From Camelus ferus (Eukaryota), in contig NC_045696.1 of NCBI RefSeq assembly GCF_009834535.1, positions 83,888,001-83,952,000 on the forward strand: 64,000 nucleotides of DNA. Direction: 5' to 3'. Below, one piece after another: positions 14,589 to 27,571 of this stretch. The translations under genes and the position numbers were made by a program. Positions within the stretch are counted from its first letter, which is position 1, and the number at the start of each line of letters is the position of its first letter. The notes beneath the pieces are model-generated. The model saw only the letters and a list, made by a program, of their open reading frames with translations, did not search any database and was not told the DNA's origin.

Positions 14589-15142
14589 TGTTAAGTAGGT
14601 ATTTAAGTTGGGGCACCAGGCAGATAAGGTGGAGGAGAGGAAGGATGATCCAGAAGATGGCAATATGCCTGCCTCCAGCATAAAGGGGCTTTACTTTTTC
14701 TAAACGAGTGCCAGCAAGAAACTGGTTAAAACCCAACAGCAGCAACTGCGCAGCAGCGACAAGGACCTAACTGGACATGACCCAACGCTCATTGTAATGT
14801 AATTAACATTGCAGATTTTAGGCCCCACCATGGGTTTTTCTGTGTGCATCATGGGCAAAGACATGTGCAAAAGGGGATGAGCATGACTAAGCTCTCCAGG
14901 GGCAAGAGCCATCAATCAGTCAAGAGATCTCCTCTAAGTGAAGGTGTAAGACAGAGGACCAAAGACCAGCATTGCTATCTGCCCTTGGATCAGCCTGCTT
15001 CCCATTTTTGAAGGTGTACTTTCCCTTTGCTAATAAATCCTTTAAAATCTTTCACTAAGCAATGCTTTGTCTCCCATCTGAATTCTTATCTTTCGGATAT
15101 GACAAGAACTGGGGTCTTTTCCCTTCCCATTTTGGGGTAACA
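14589..15142 (+). mobile_element. Solo ERV1-type LTR related to the provirus LTRs
   Basis: TGTTA...GGTAACA termini; 4-bp flanks gaac/gatc; AATAAA near 15032; shared blocks gatccagaa, gtgtact and tgac(t)aagaac; interrupts L2-like sequence. Confidence 0.8.
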
Positions 15143-15414
15143 GATCCATCATTTCTTGAGATATAGAAGGAGCTGGATTAAGGAAAATCTGAACGATAAT
15201 AATGTTACATTCAGTCACATTGAGTTTGACATTCCGAAGCCCAAAAGATATCTGAGCCAAACAGACATGAATTTAGGAGTTGGTAAATGAAGCCATGGGG
15301 TGATTGAGTTCAAGGGGAAACTAATAGTTTAAAGAAAAGAGAAGACTGAGAAGGAGCCACCAGAAAAATAAGAGACAAATAAGGAAAGCATATTATCAGA
15401 AGTAAAGGAGGGAG

Positions 15415-15451
15415 GGGGGAGAGGGTATAGCTCAATGGTAGAGTGCACGCT
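15415..15451 (+). mobile_element. 5' fragment of the same SINE family
   Basis: gagggtatagctcaatggtagagtgcacgct, then abrupt loss of similarity. Confidence 0.7.
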
Positions 15452-15459
15452 CTAAATTT

Positions 15460-16330
15460 ACTAAATTTGCTAAAATAAACTCCATATGGGTTGAATATCC
15501 AACTGCAAAATGAAACAGAAATGCTAAAGAATACATAAGTGATTATTACATAAGCAGAGAACATAAAGAAAAATATTGATAAATTTAACTTTATAAAATT
15601 CAAGACATTAAAAACATTCTAAACCAAAATAAAAGGCAAAATACAACCCAGAGGAAATAAATGCTCACAACCTATGAGAAAAGGTTAATGTATTTAATGT
15701 AAAAATCTTACAGAACTGTAAGAAAACAAATGTCTAGTTAAAATATAGACAAAAGGCATGAAAAATTTTCCCAAATTAAAGAGTAAAATTCTATTTCATG
15801 TAACTATTAAAGATTTTTAAAAATAATAAATGCTACTCTGAGAACATGGACTGTGTCATATTCTGTTGATATAACTCAATATAATCTTTTTGGAAAGCAA
15901 TTTCAAAACATGATTAAAACCAAAAAACTGTATATAGTTTTGACCTAGAAATTTCATTTATAAGACTGTATCTCAAGGATATTATCATAGCTATGTATAA
16001 AAAATACATGTACAAGAACATTCATTAAAGCATTATTTAAAATTATGAAAATTAAAACAGCCTACATTTCCAGGAAAGGAGGATTGATTAAACAAAGCAT
16101 GTTACAGACATACAATAAAATGCCATTCAGGAAGGATGTGAGGATAAATATTTAATATTCTGAATATATGTGCATAAGATAATTTTTAAAATGGGAACAA
16201 AAAGTGTGGTGCCATTTCCCACCCATATGACTGTAGAATACACAACAAAATGTAGAAGTGGTTATTTCTAGATGGTAGACTTATGGTGGTAGAATAATGA
16301 TAAATTCTTTTTTTCCTTTTGGCTCTTCAT
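15460..16330 (+). mobile_element. Old L1 (L1ME-like) ORF2 end and 3' region
   Basis: aatattgataaatttaactttataaaatt; tttttggaaagcaattt; tttgacctagaaattt; gtggttatttctag. Confidence 0.7.
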
Positions 16331-16483
16331 GTTTTTTCAAATGTTCTCTTCTTTCTGTCTTCAATAATTTACTCTATAAAATTATGACATAGTTCAAACA
16401 TGCAGTAAAGAATGTAACATAACAAAACTGAAAACTCAGAGTGTCAGGTCTTAACAATATTTCATTATGTCAATTTCAGAGGG

Positions 16484-16731
16484 TTTTTTCCCCTTCCCTC
16501 CTTCCCTCCCACCACCCCTCTTCCTTCCTCCCTCCCTCCCTCTCTTTCTTTCTTTCCTTTTCATTCTTTTCTTTCCTTTTCTTTCCTTTCCTTTCCTTTC
16601 TCCTTCTTTCTTTCTTCCTTTCTTTCTTTCTCTTTCTTGCTTTCTTGCTTTCTTTCTTTCTTTCTTTCTTTCTCTCTCTTTCTTTCTTCCTTTCTTTTTC
16701 TTTCTTTTCTTTCTTTCTTTTCTTTCTTTCT
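16484..16731. repeat. Polypyrimidine/polypurine compound microsatellite (CCCT/CTTT/CTTTC)
   Basis: ~250 bp almost entirely C/T on the + strand. Confidence 0.95.
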
Positions 16732-19111
16732 GTTATTTTTCAGAATTAAATAATATTGGCACTTTAAACCAGAAGGAAATAAGAGGGTTAAACAACTTTA
16801 AAAATAAATTATAGGAAACAGCCACTTTCTGACATCAGACTAAAGGCAGCATGGAGATGCTTGAGGAAAGGCAGATGAGCCCTAGAATCCCCTAGATTTT
16901 TCTGCTAGGGGTCATTGCTGAACTGTAGTACAGATACATTTGATATATTCCTCCCTTGGATACCCATCCTTGATCTCATTTCTAGTCTTCTCAATCCACA
17001 CAGGTTTTTATATGTTTACTATATACATCCATTTAGTACTATATGGTACTGTTTTGTGTGGCTTAAAATTTTACACAAATGGGTATGTTGTTCAAAACTA
17101 AGTTTTTGAGATTTTTTTACATTAATCTCTGAAACTTTATTTTTAAAATGATACATAATGTTCAGTTCTATGAACCTATGATAATTTATTCATCCATTCC
17201 TGTTTTGATGGACATTTAGTTCATGTTTTACACAGTAGATATTACTTCTACAAAATCATGAAAGTTATTGAGATTATTGAACAGCTGTAAAAAATATTAC
17301 ATGATGGGATTGAAATAATATGTTAAATAATATCTTGCAGGGATTATCTCATTTTGCTACTAAAATGTAAATATTCATGGCTAAGTTTCCCTTATATATA
17401 TATGAGGTAAATTCTGTTTAAACTCATAATAACTTAAAATTTTTTCTTTAATTTTAAAAAACCATTTACTCTCTGAAATACTAAGAAGAATGTAAATGAG
17501 AAAACAAAAACCTATTTTAGCTTCTTTGTAATGGAAGTTTCCTAGGCAATCACACATCTAGCAGAAAAAGACTGTTTCAGCCTTTTTTAAAGGTCAACTG
17601 AATTTTAATGTACAATTCACCCATCAAGTTGACACAGAGCTACTTATTTTTCTGAACCAAAAGGTAAGACAATGCTCACTCCTCTATCCTAGGGGCCCAG
17701 CATATAATAGATGGCCAGTAAATATTTGTTAAATAAATTGGTATTGAATATATTGATTTTTGGCTTTGAGAGAAGTCTGACATGTTGGTGTCAAAATGTA
17801 GACGTTACAGAAACACTTGGGTGTTTTATAATAAGGAATGTGGGCAGAATATCTCCTTTAACTTGGTATTTTCCTGGAAAATCATAGACGTGATTATGGT
17901 AGATTACAATAGATTCTTGTCTGACTTGCTGTCCCTTTCACTCAGTACCTGCTAGATGATATTAAAGCTTCAGTGAAGTATCAGATGGCAGTATTTTGGC
18001 ATATAAATCAATTCTTATGTAGGGAAATATAAATATGTTCATATATACATTATTATACTCTATATAGATCATTTTTATTAGAAATTTCAAAAAATTGACA
18101 TTAATTCCTTAAAATGTTATAGTTTTAGTATTATCATTGATTATTTCTTTGTTGTTTACATTTATTCTTATTTTCTTCAGTATACACTCATATATCTCAG
18201 CCATGTTCCCAGGTCACAACTTTTTACAGATAATACACATTTTCACTATCTGAACTGCCTTATATTTTATTTTCCGTTAACATAGTGTTTGAAATGTAAA
18301 GGTAATTTCAAAAGGTAATTTTGAAACTGTTGTCTAACTATATGGATGGAGTCACTCTTTAAAATGTGTTGATGAAAGTTAGCTGCATACAAACTTGTGA
18401 AGACATAGCCCTATGCTCTGTGCATTTCATTTTCATTCATTCATTTGCCCAGCAATATCTTTGAGTGCCTAAAATGTGACAGGTTGTTTAATAACCCTGC
18501 TGACTCTGCTTGGTAGTCTCGAGCTCTGGGTTCTAACTATGACTCCACAACCAACAAGCAGTTTGGTGCAGCGATTCAGAATGCTGGCTCTGAGGAAGGA
18601 ACCCCCGCGACTGAAATTTTAGCTGTGTGGTCCTGAGCACAGTGTACAACTGCTTCAGGCAATAAGAGGAAATGAGAAAAGCACTCAGGATTAAGAGGAT
18701 GAAATGGTTCACCTTGTAAAGCACAGTGGCCAGCCCATAGAAAGTGCACAGTTAGTGTCAACACGATGAAGTTGAAAAAAATGTTTACATTGGACAAGAG
18801 CTGCACTTCCTTGGGTCTCTGTTTCTTCAACTATAAAATGCAGCTTTGAACCAGGTTCTCTTTAAGTGCAAATAAGTGGTTATTTGGGGGCCGAGGGGAG
18901 CTTCTAGCAGAAAACTCTTGCACTTCCATTACCTTAGAATAAATTAGGCATCCCAGGATGTCTTTAACGGCTAGTCAGAAGTGCAAAATACACAGAGGTA
19001 AATATTCCATTCCTGAGGTGTGCACAGGTTAAGTTTCCAAAATCTTTACATTGCCAAATCCTAACATTGGTCATACCTCCTTTAAAATAGTGAAATAAAA
19101 AGTGATCTTGG

Positions 19112-19261
19112 GGGAGGGTATAGCTCAGTGGTAGAGTGCGTGCTTAGCATGCATGAGGTCCTGGGTTCAATCCCCAGTACCTCCATTAAAAATAAATAAA
19201 TAAAAATCAATCAATCAATCAATCAATCAATCTAATTACCCCCCCCCCGAAAATATTTTTT
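19112..19261 (+). mobile_element. tRNA-Ala(AGC)-derived SINE (Vic-1-like), full length
   Basis: 72-nt tRNA-like head 19114-19185, (AAAT)/(CAAT) tail, perfect 14-bp TSD aaaagtgatcttgg (19098-19111, 19262-19275). Confidence 0.93.
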
Positions 19262-20760
19262 AAAAGTGATCTTGGTTAGAGTCAAAGCTGAATAGTCACC
19301 GTTACAGGACCACTGATTCTGTGTTTTTCCACGTAGAGAGATTTTAAGGTCAGCCTCTAGACATGCACAGTCATAATACCAGAGACATTACTGCTTGCTC
19401 TTTTACTCACAGTATTTACTGAATGTGTCAGCATTTTAACTCTAAAAAATAGAACTATCTATTTTTGGAAAGCAATTAAAAATGTATGTTTCAAAGATCA
19501 CATTTGATCTGTTATTTTCCTGTTATTTTATTAAAAATTATTCTATTTTTTTAATCATCGTCATTGTAGTATTTAGGCTCTTGCTTTTATTTGTTTTTCC
19601 TTGACATTTTGGGTTTTGGAGTTTTATCAGCTCTGTTTTGATTTTGAAACTGACTCTCAGAGCCAAGTTCCTATATTAATAGCTTGAACTCTGTCTCTTG
19701 GTGGAGAAATGCACACAAAACTGCTAAATTGCCTGTAAGTCTTTCCTCATCTGCTCTGTTATTATTTAGAACTTCCATTCCATGTTGTATTTTCAAAGTA
19801 ACTTAGCACTGTTTTAATTTGTGTTATGCCTGTGAAATGAGAATTCCGTGAATACCCCCAAGTAGGTTAGTTTATAAAGGATCAGTAAACATCTTGATTT
19901 TCAAGAGAAAATAAAGACCCAAACTAAAAATCAGAATAACAATTAAATATATTTAAATAAATGCAGTATGAAAATGAGTCTAAAAGAAGTGATTCTTGCA
20001 GCAGAGGAGGGGGAAGGCTAATAACAAATCCTATTTTTTAAAAAGCTTTAACTGGCCCCCTTTAAAACAATATTTTTAATTTAAAATTTTTTTTCCATTT
20101 ATGGAAAAAATAAACTATATTTTTAAATGTATTATATTGCATACAATAAAATGCACAAATCTTGTTTGCACAGCTTGATTAATTTGATACCCACCTGAGC
20201 TTTCCTCTGTCACACTGCGCAGGATCCTAATTGCCTTAGTACATGTCTGTCTCTCCCCCTAACTCTTTCTACAAGAGGGTAAGCTCTCTGAAGGTGGAGA
20301 CTGAGCCAAGCTTTCTGGCTTCTCTGTGACCCCATAGAGCCCGGTAGGTGCTCAGTCAATAATGAATAAATTAATCAATGAATAAACATTCATTAATAGG
20401 ATATCTGATTATGCTGCCTGACAGCCTTTCTTGCTGGCTCAGACCTGGGAAGAAGTGATGGGGATAAGGGTTGTCAATACCTGTGGCAGCCTCAGCCTTG
20501 GGGGTGTTAAAGGGTGATCTGTCTCAGTCAAGTCTCTTAAGTGCACTTGAGTTTCTCAGAGAGAGACAATCAGGCAAAAGATGCAGTGTCCTGGGCCTGC
20601 CTGGTCCAGGAAACAAAGAGCTGTTGCAAATGTTTGGTTCTTGAAATCAGAGCGGAGAAGCAGTGACATTCCCACCAGTACCTATTAGCTGACACCCTGG
20701 GCCTGTGCAAGAGGGCTGTACACAGCGCCCGCGCTTGAAAATTCTTCCTGAAAGTAACAT

Positions 20761-21450
20761 CCTGCCTCCTGGCCTCTGACAACCGCCAATCTGTTCTCTG
20801 TTTCAATGTGTTTGTTTTTTAAGATTCCACATCTAAGTAAGATCATATAGTATCTCACTTAGCATAATGCTGTAAGGGTCCATCCATGTGGTAGCAAATG
20901 GCAGGATTTCATGCTTTTTTTATGGCTGAATAACACTATTTCATTGTATATGTACATCACCTTTTCTTTATCCATTCATCCATCTATGAGTACTTAGGTT
21001 GTTTCTGTTTTGGGCTATGGTGGATAATGCTGTGATGAATATAAAGGTGCAGGTATCTCTTTGAGATAGTGATTTCATTTCTTTCTGATATATACCCAGA
21101 AGTGGAATTGCTGTATCATATGATGATTCTAGTTCTAATTTTTTGAGGAACCTCCGCACTGTTTCCCATGCGGGCTGCACCAGTTTACATTCCCACCAAC
21201 AGTGCACAAGTGTTCCTTTTTCTCCACATCCTTGCCAATGCTTGTTATCACTTGTCCTTTTGAGGACAGCCATTCTAAAAGGTTTTGATTTGCATTTCCC
21301 TGATGATTAGTAATGTCAAGCGCTTTTTCACATAACTGTTGGACATCTGTTTGTCTTCTTTGGAAAAATGTCTATTTGGTTCCTCTGCCAATTTTACAAT
21401 CGGATTATTTGGATTTTTTTTTTTTTTTTTTTTTTTTTTTGCTATTGAGG
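20761..21450 (-). mobile_element. L1 ORF2 C-terminus and 3' UTR fragment
   Basis: ORF 20968-21273 [22 protein letters not shown]...[11 protein letters not shown] is the L1 ORF2 Cys-rich C-terminus. Confidence 0.92.
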
Positions 21451-24400
21451 CTTTTTGTTCTAATAATTGGTTTTAAATTTTTAAAAAATTGAATTCACTG
21501 AAGAAAATATCTTCTGTTTGATAGTAGCTGAAATGTTTACTTCAGGAGGAAGCTATAGCAGGTGTTAGACCTAGACCAGACCAAAGAAGATGGCTGGGAT
21601 CGCAGGGTGGGTACAGGAATGACTTGGGCCTAGTTTAGTGGCCAGTTTATTCCCCAAATAACAGAGAAGCTGTGCAAAAGAGACAAACAACAGCAGACGT
21701 GGGTGGGTGGGCACAGTGCTCCCTGCCTCCCGTATAGAGGCTGCCCAGGGATCGGTGGTCCTCGTGATGTTTTTGGAGGGAGCTCTCCCCAAGACTGGAA
21801 GACCGTGAGGACTGTGAACCTGGCTACTTCCTGGTCACTGCCCAGAAACAGCTTGTATGTCTGTCCATGGCTTCACACCCCCCAATTAGGAACTCTGTCA
21901 CCTTGTATAACGTACAAGTTCTAGCCATAGAAATTCTGTGTCAGCACTGGAGTAATCTGTTACCTGGGCCTGAATGTCGGGGCCAAGGAGTCTGTCATGT
22001 ATGCCCACCCTGAGGCTTCCCACAGGTAGGTCTACACCTGGCCTCTCACAGGCGAGAAGCCATTTTCCTAATGCCGGAGACTAGGTTTCAGGATCAAAAA
22101 TATGCTCTACTCATAGGGAGAGAACTTCTAGCTGACAAGATAAACTCATAGGCTTTGCTCTATCTTTATTCTCCATTAAAGTGATTTTTTTCACCTTTTC
22201 CTTTTTCACAGACCAGGGATTCAATAGATAAGCACTTTTTTGCAATAAGCTATGTGCAGAAGCAAACAAGTATAGACTTCAAGATGACTATGCAGCTACA
22301 TGAGTATTACCTGAGCGAGCATCTCTTTAGAAATGTTTTCTATCTTCAAGGAAGTAACTTCTTACATTTCTCTAACAATGAAGTGATTGATCTGATCAGT
22401 TAAGTAAATTTATCAAGCTGAAATGAAAACATGCCTTTTGGCAGGTGTTTTTCGGTAGAGAAGATTAATCGGCCTATCAAGTGAAAAAACAATTATCTGA
22501 ATGTTTTTGTTGCCTCCTGTTTGAGACTTATATGGACCAGACCTCTTTACTCTGCCTCCTGGGGTACTCACCATCTCATCTGTGTCCCAGTTGCTTCCTT
22601 CAGCTGGATTTCAAGAGCCTTAAGAGCCTCTTGGCTCTGTGTCTAATTCATCTTTGTACCAGGTGCATGATAAATTAGTAATTAAGTGAATAAATATGAA
22701 AAAAACTTCAGTAAAAAGAAAAGTGTCCACCAAAGTTACTGTGGCAAAGGCTTACCTATACCTAATTATAAGGATTTGCTTTTTGAAATGTTTCAGTTGA
22801 GACAGTCTCTTTTAGGGACAACTTAAAATCGCCTCCAAATTCATGTATGTAAAAACAATTAGTCCCTTGTAACTACAACCTAAAGATTCTGAAAATACTA
22901 TTACTTTACGCATTCAAAGACTTAGAAGCGCTTTCTTTAATAAATGACGTGTTACTCTTTCAGCTGGTCATGGTAAAAATGACCTTGAAAGAACCAATGG
23001 AATGCACTTTTCCCCATGAGTTTGTCACTAAAGTCGAAACTGGTTCATAGATTCCTCTTTAATCTATGTACTTTGAGTATAGGGTGTAAATCAGGAGACT
23101 TTCAATGGGGAAGTTAACAAGAATCGGTAGTTCACTTATGATTTTTGTCTCCAGTATCTGACCAAGAGAGAATTCTTTTACTTTTTTTTATGGCCAACAC
23201 TGTGTTTTTGTCCGTTTTATCTCCATCTTGGCTGACAATGGACTCTTCCCTAGACATCAAAGACATCATAGAATAGGTATAAAGGGCTTTTACTGGACTT
23301 TTAACTTGGAGTTTTTACTTCCAATGAGTCAAAAGTATTATTCCACTTCAAATCTGAATCAGAAATAGGCTAGATAGAATTGTGTCATAAAAATGATGAT
23401 GATTTTATTTCAAAAGAGTGAAAGATTCTTATTCTGTTCTATGGAAGTTGCCACTGAATGCCAGAGGTTCATTCCAGTGTGCGCTTTGTATAGTTATGTG
23501 CAGATTCCAAAAGATAGACTGTAACATTACCAACTGCTTTGTCCCTATTGTGAGGATTTTTTTCTCACCAAACTTCTTTAAATGTTGAAATAAAAGCGGT
23601 CACTACCCTCATCAGTTTATTAGGATTACAGTGACATCTTGTGGCATGTCATTTTCCCTTTTGAAACTTACCCAGGTGAAAAATCTAACACTAGTTCTTG
23701 CTAAAGAATTTTAGCCTCATTAATATAATAGGTATTCATGAAAAAAACTCAGAAACTACAAGTAGAAGCCTAATGAACAAAATGCATTTACCATATTTGG
23801 GTCAAGTAAATATTTCTGAATAATTTCAATTAGAAAAAATATTTTCTTTCAAAATCAACCCTTAGCATGTATTTTAAATTTTCTTCCATTGGCACCATTA
23901 TGACATAGAAAATGCCCTAGAAATTGGTTTCAATTTGATCTATGCAAAGACAATGTAATTAAAATTAGAAGTCTATTGCTAAGGAAGTATTGTGTGATTA
24001 TCGCTTCTGTGAGTTGTTAAGACCAGGTTATTAAAACAGTCTTATTGCAGGAAAGATTTTTATTGAAAGAGAAAAATGTTTAGAGCAAAATTCAGCCTCT
24101 GCCATTTAATCTGATAATTATCAGCCTCCTCATGGACTGCCTCTAATTAGCATGTACAGTATGTAAGGTGAGAATGTATGAAGCTACATTAAGAGATATA
24201 AGTTAAAAAAAAAAAACTAGATTCAATATTCCCACCCACCCCCTCTGCCCTCATCACACACATCCCAGTCATTAGCATTCACTTCTACACAATTGGTGTC
24301 AGAAAAATTCTTCTTTCAGATGTTTCTTAATGACTGTACTTCAGGTACTGTAGAGTCATTTTGCTGAAAGTAGTTACCATCTGCAGGTAGCTTGTGAATA

Positions 24401-25191
24401 TTTGCTTTTCTACTCCCTTTTCCTTTCCTCTCTCACACACTCCCTCCCTCCCCTCTTTTTGAATTTGAACTTCTGAATAACCTTTATGATAGCCAGTGAA
24501 AGCAATCTCATTTGGAAATTATCAGGTGACAACAGTTCCACTTGCTGTGTACTGTAATAAATATGATTCCTTAACAAGTCTTGCTGTGAGTAATATGCTA
24601 TTTCACCCAATTCAAGACATCAATTATAAGACACTCCTTTGTTTTATGTACTGTTTAGAAAGAAAAAATCACTTTCAGTTCAACTATGACACGTTAAATA
24701 GAATGTTTATTTCAAACTCATTCGAAACATGTCTTTTAGACTTATTTAAATACTTTTTATTATATATCATACTTAAGTATATCTTAAAATGAAAATATAA
24801 GCAAAATACAATGTTTCTAAAATACAGAGTCTAGTCCAAGTGACTTTCTGTGCAGTGACTGATGTCCGTGTCTGTCCATTGTCCTCTAAGCCACTAAGAG
24901 CACTGGTGACACAGTCTTGCCCAGGGCGCAACTTTTGTCTCTAAGACTTTTTTCTAGGGTATTGACACCAATTTCACAAGTTTTGAATCTGGCACTTTAT
25001 CTTACAGAAAAATCAATGAGAGGTTTTTAGACAATAACCGGGATTCACAATGCTTCCTTAAATAGTCATTATGATTCTTTCTCAAATGGTTTGTTGACTG
25101 AGAAGCCAAGAGATTACAGTTAAGCATCATGCAACAGGATTACTGCATGCACAGGCCATGCCATTCTAAGTCATGACTGTTACCTTTACCA

Positions 25192-25277
25192 GCAGTTGTA
25201 AAACACCACTGATCGCTCCATTTTCATAAATGTTAAAATGTGAAGAATGATGTGCCTTAGAAGAGCTGAAATAAGGT
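25192..25277. mobile_element. MER104-like (Tc2) DNA transposon fragment
   Basis: aatgttaaaatgtgaagaatgatgtgccttagaa...gaaataagg resembles the remembered MER104 end. Confidence 0.45.
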
Positions 25278-25829
25278 AATGTTAAAGCTAATAGCTAGCC
25301 TTTCATGACTGACTGCTGTGTGTCAAGTACTTACTCTGTTTCTCATCCACAGTATATCATTTAATCCTCAAATAATCCTGTGATGTAGATGTTATTATCT
25401 GAATATACAGATAAAAATTAAACAACTTGTTCCAAGGACAGACATCTAGTAAGTGACAGATCTGATGTTTAAACTTGGTTCTCTCACATTCCACAGCCCA
25501 TGTTTTCCCATGAGTATCTGGTTATAAATATTTAAGCAGAAAATATTTGAAGATGAAGTCACTCAAAGGATAATCTCTCCATCAGCAATTTTTCTTGAAT
25601 AACAGACAAAGAGCAATTATGTGAACAAATGTCAGATTTATGTGTTTGTGAATTATCACAAAACTTTCAGAAAAGGAGAGAGATGAAACAGTGTCTCCTA
25701 TCTGAAAAAGAGAAAAAACTGCTGTATCAGCTAGTAGCTGTGATGACTGCCAAAGAAACATTTTTTGGAACATGCCATATGTCACAAAAAAACACTTTAT
25801 TTTTCCCCAAATAGACAAAAAAAAGCACC

Positions 25830-26612
25830 CCAAAAACAAACCCCAGAAATTTCAAAAAAATGGGAGAACATATTTGCAAACCATACATATGACAAGGGGT
25901 TAATATTTAAAATATATATCCAAAGGAAAAGAAATCAATATCTTGAAAATACATCTGTACTCTCACATTTATTGCAGTATTATTCATAGTAGGCAAGACA
26001 CGGAAACAACCTAAGTGTCCAGAGATGAATGCATGGATAAAGAAATGTAATATATATAATTCCTGTGTAACATATATATGCATATATAAACACAAATGTA
26101 TATGCACACAAAGGAATATTATTCAGCTATAAAAAGATGGAAGTCCCGCCATTTGTGACAACGGGGATGAATCTGAAAGACACTATGCTAATGAAATAAG
26201 CCAGACAGAGAAAGACAAATACTGTATGATCTCACTCATAATGTGGAATCTAAAAATCAAATAAAAAATATAAAACATAGAAACAGAATAGAATGTTAGT
26301 TGCCAGGACTGAGGGATGGGAGAAATCGGAAGGTACTGGTAAAAGGATACGAAATTTTAGTTATAAAATGAGTAAGTTTGGGAGATTTAATGTACAGCAT
26401 GGTGACTATAGTTAAGAATACTATATTGTGTGCTTGAAATTTGCTGAGAGTAAATCATAAGTATTCTCATGATACACACACAAAGATAACTATGTAAGGT
26501 GATAGATGTTTTCATCAACTTGATCATGGTAATCATTTCACAGTTTATATATATATCAAATCATTGTGTTGTAAACTTTAAATATATATAATTCTCTTTG
26601 TCAGTTACACCT
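25830..26612 (+). mobile_element. L1 3' fragment (L1MA-like)
   Basis: KWENIFANHTYDKGLIFKIY, then standard 3'UTR gacaaatactgtatgatctcact...tgtacagcatggtgactatagtt. Confidence 0.88.
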
Positions 26613-26809
26613 CACTGAAGCTGCAAAAAATGATTTAAAGCAAAAGCAAAAGATGTATAATTGTTTTTTATTTCCTCCCAAAAATATGAGAAAAACAGAA
26701 AAGTTTTCATAAACTGTCTGTGCACATTGCATGTGTGTATGTGTCTGTGTGTGTGGTAATTTATACATGTTAAAGGAAATAGAACTGAACTATACTTTTT
26801 AATTTTTTG

Positions 26810-27545
26810 CCTCAAAAAACTAAAAATATAAGTACCATATGATCTTGTAATTCCACTCCTGGATATATATCCAAAGAAAATGAAGACACTAATTTGAAAA
26901 GATACATGCACCCCAATGTTCACAGCAGCATTATTTATAATAGCCAAGATACAGAAGCAAACTAAGTATTCATCAACAGATAAATGTATATGAAGTTATA
27001 TATATTATATATATACACACACACATATATCTTTAAGTTATATAAATACATACGTGTGTGTGTGTGTGTATAAGTTATACATTGTATATATACATATACA
27101 TGTATATTATAGGACTATTACTCAGCCATAAAAAATGAAATTTTGCCATTTGCTACAACATGGATGGATGTAGAGGGTATTCTGCTAAGTGGAATAAGTG
27201 AAATAAGAGACAAATACTGTATGTTATCACTTATATGTGGAGCCTAAAAAATAAAATGAATGAATATAAAGAAAAAGAAACAGAGTCACAGCTATAGAGA
27301 ACAAGCTAGTGGTTACCAGTGGGAAGAGGGAAGCGGGGAGGGGCAAGATAGAGAGACAAAGAGGTACAAACTACTATGTATAAAATAAATAAACTACAAG
27401 GATATGTTGTACAGCCTAGGGACTATAGTCAGTATTTTATGGTAACTTTAAATGGAGTATGATCCATAAAAATTCTGAATCACTATGTTGTCTACTTGAA
27501 ACTAATATAATATTGTAAATCAACTATACCTCAATTTAAAAAAAG
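26810..27545 (+). mobile_element. L1 3' fragment with internal TA/CA microsatellite
   Basis: aattccactcctggatatatatccaaag...caccccaatgttcacagcagc...aatcaactatacctcaat plus A tail. Confidence 0.9.
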
Positions 27546-27571
27546 AAGCTAAAAAAAGATTTACTTTTTCA

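Noticed and set aside
16441..16814. Phe/Leu/Ser-rich membrane-like ORFs
   Set aside because: Artefact of the stop-free pyrimidine tract
19114..19185. Genuine tRNA-Ala gene
   Set aside because: Has a SINE tail, a 14-bp TSD, an acceptor-stem mismatch and four sibling copies in the window
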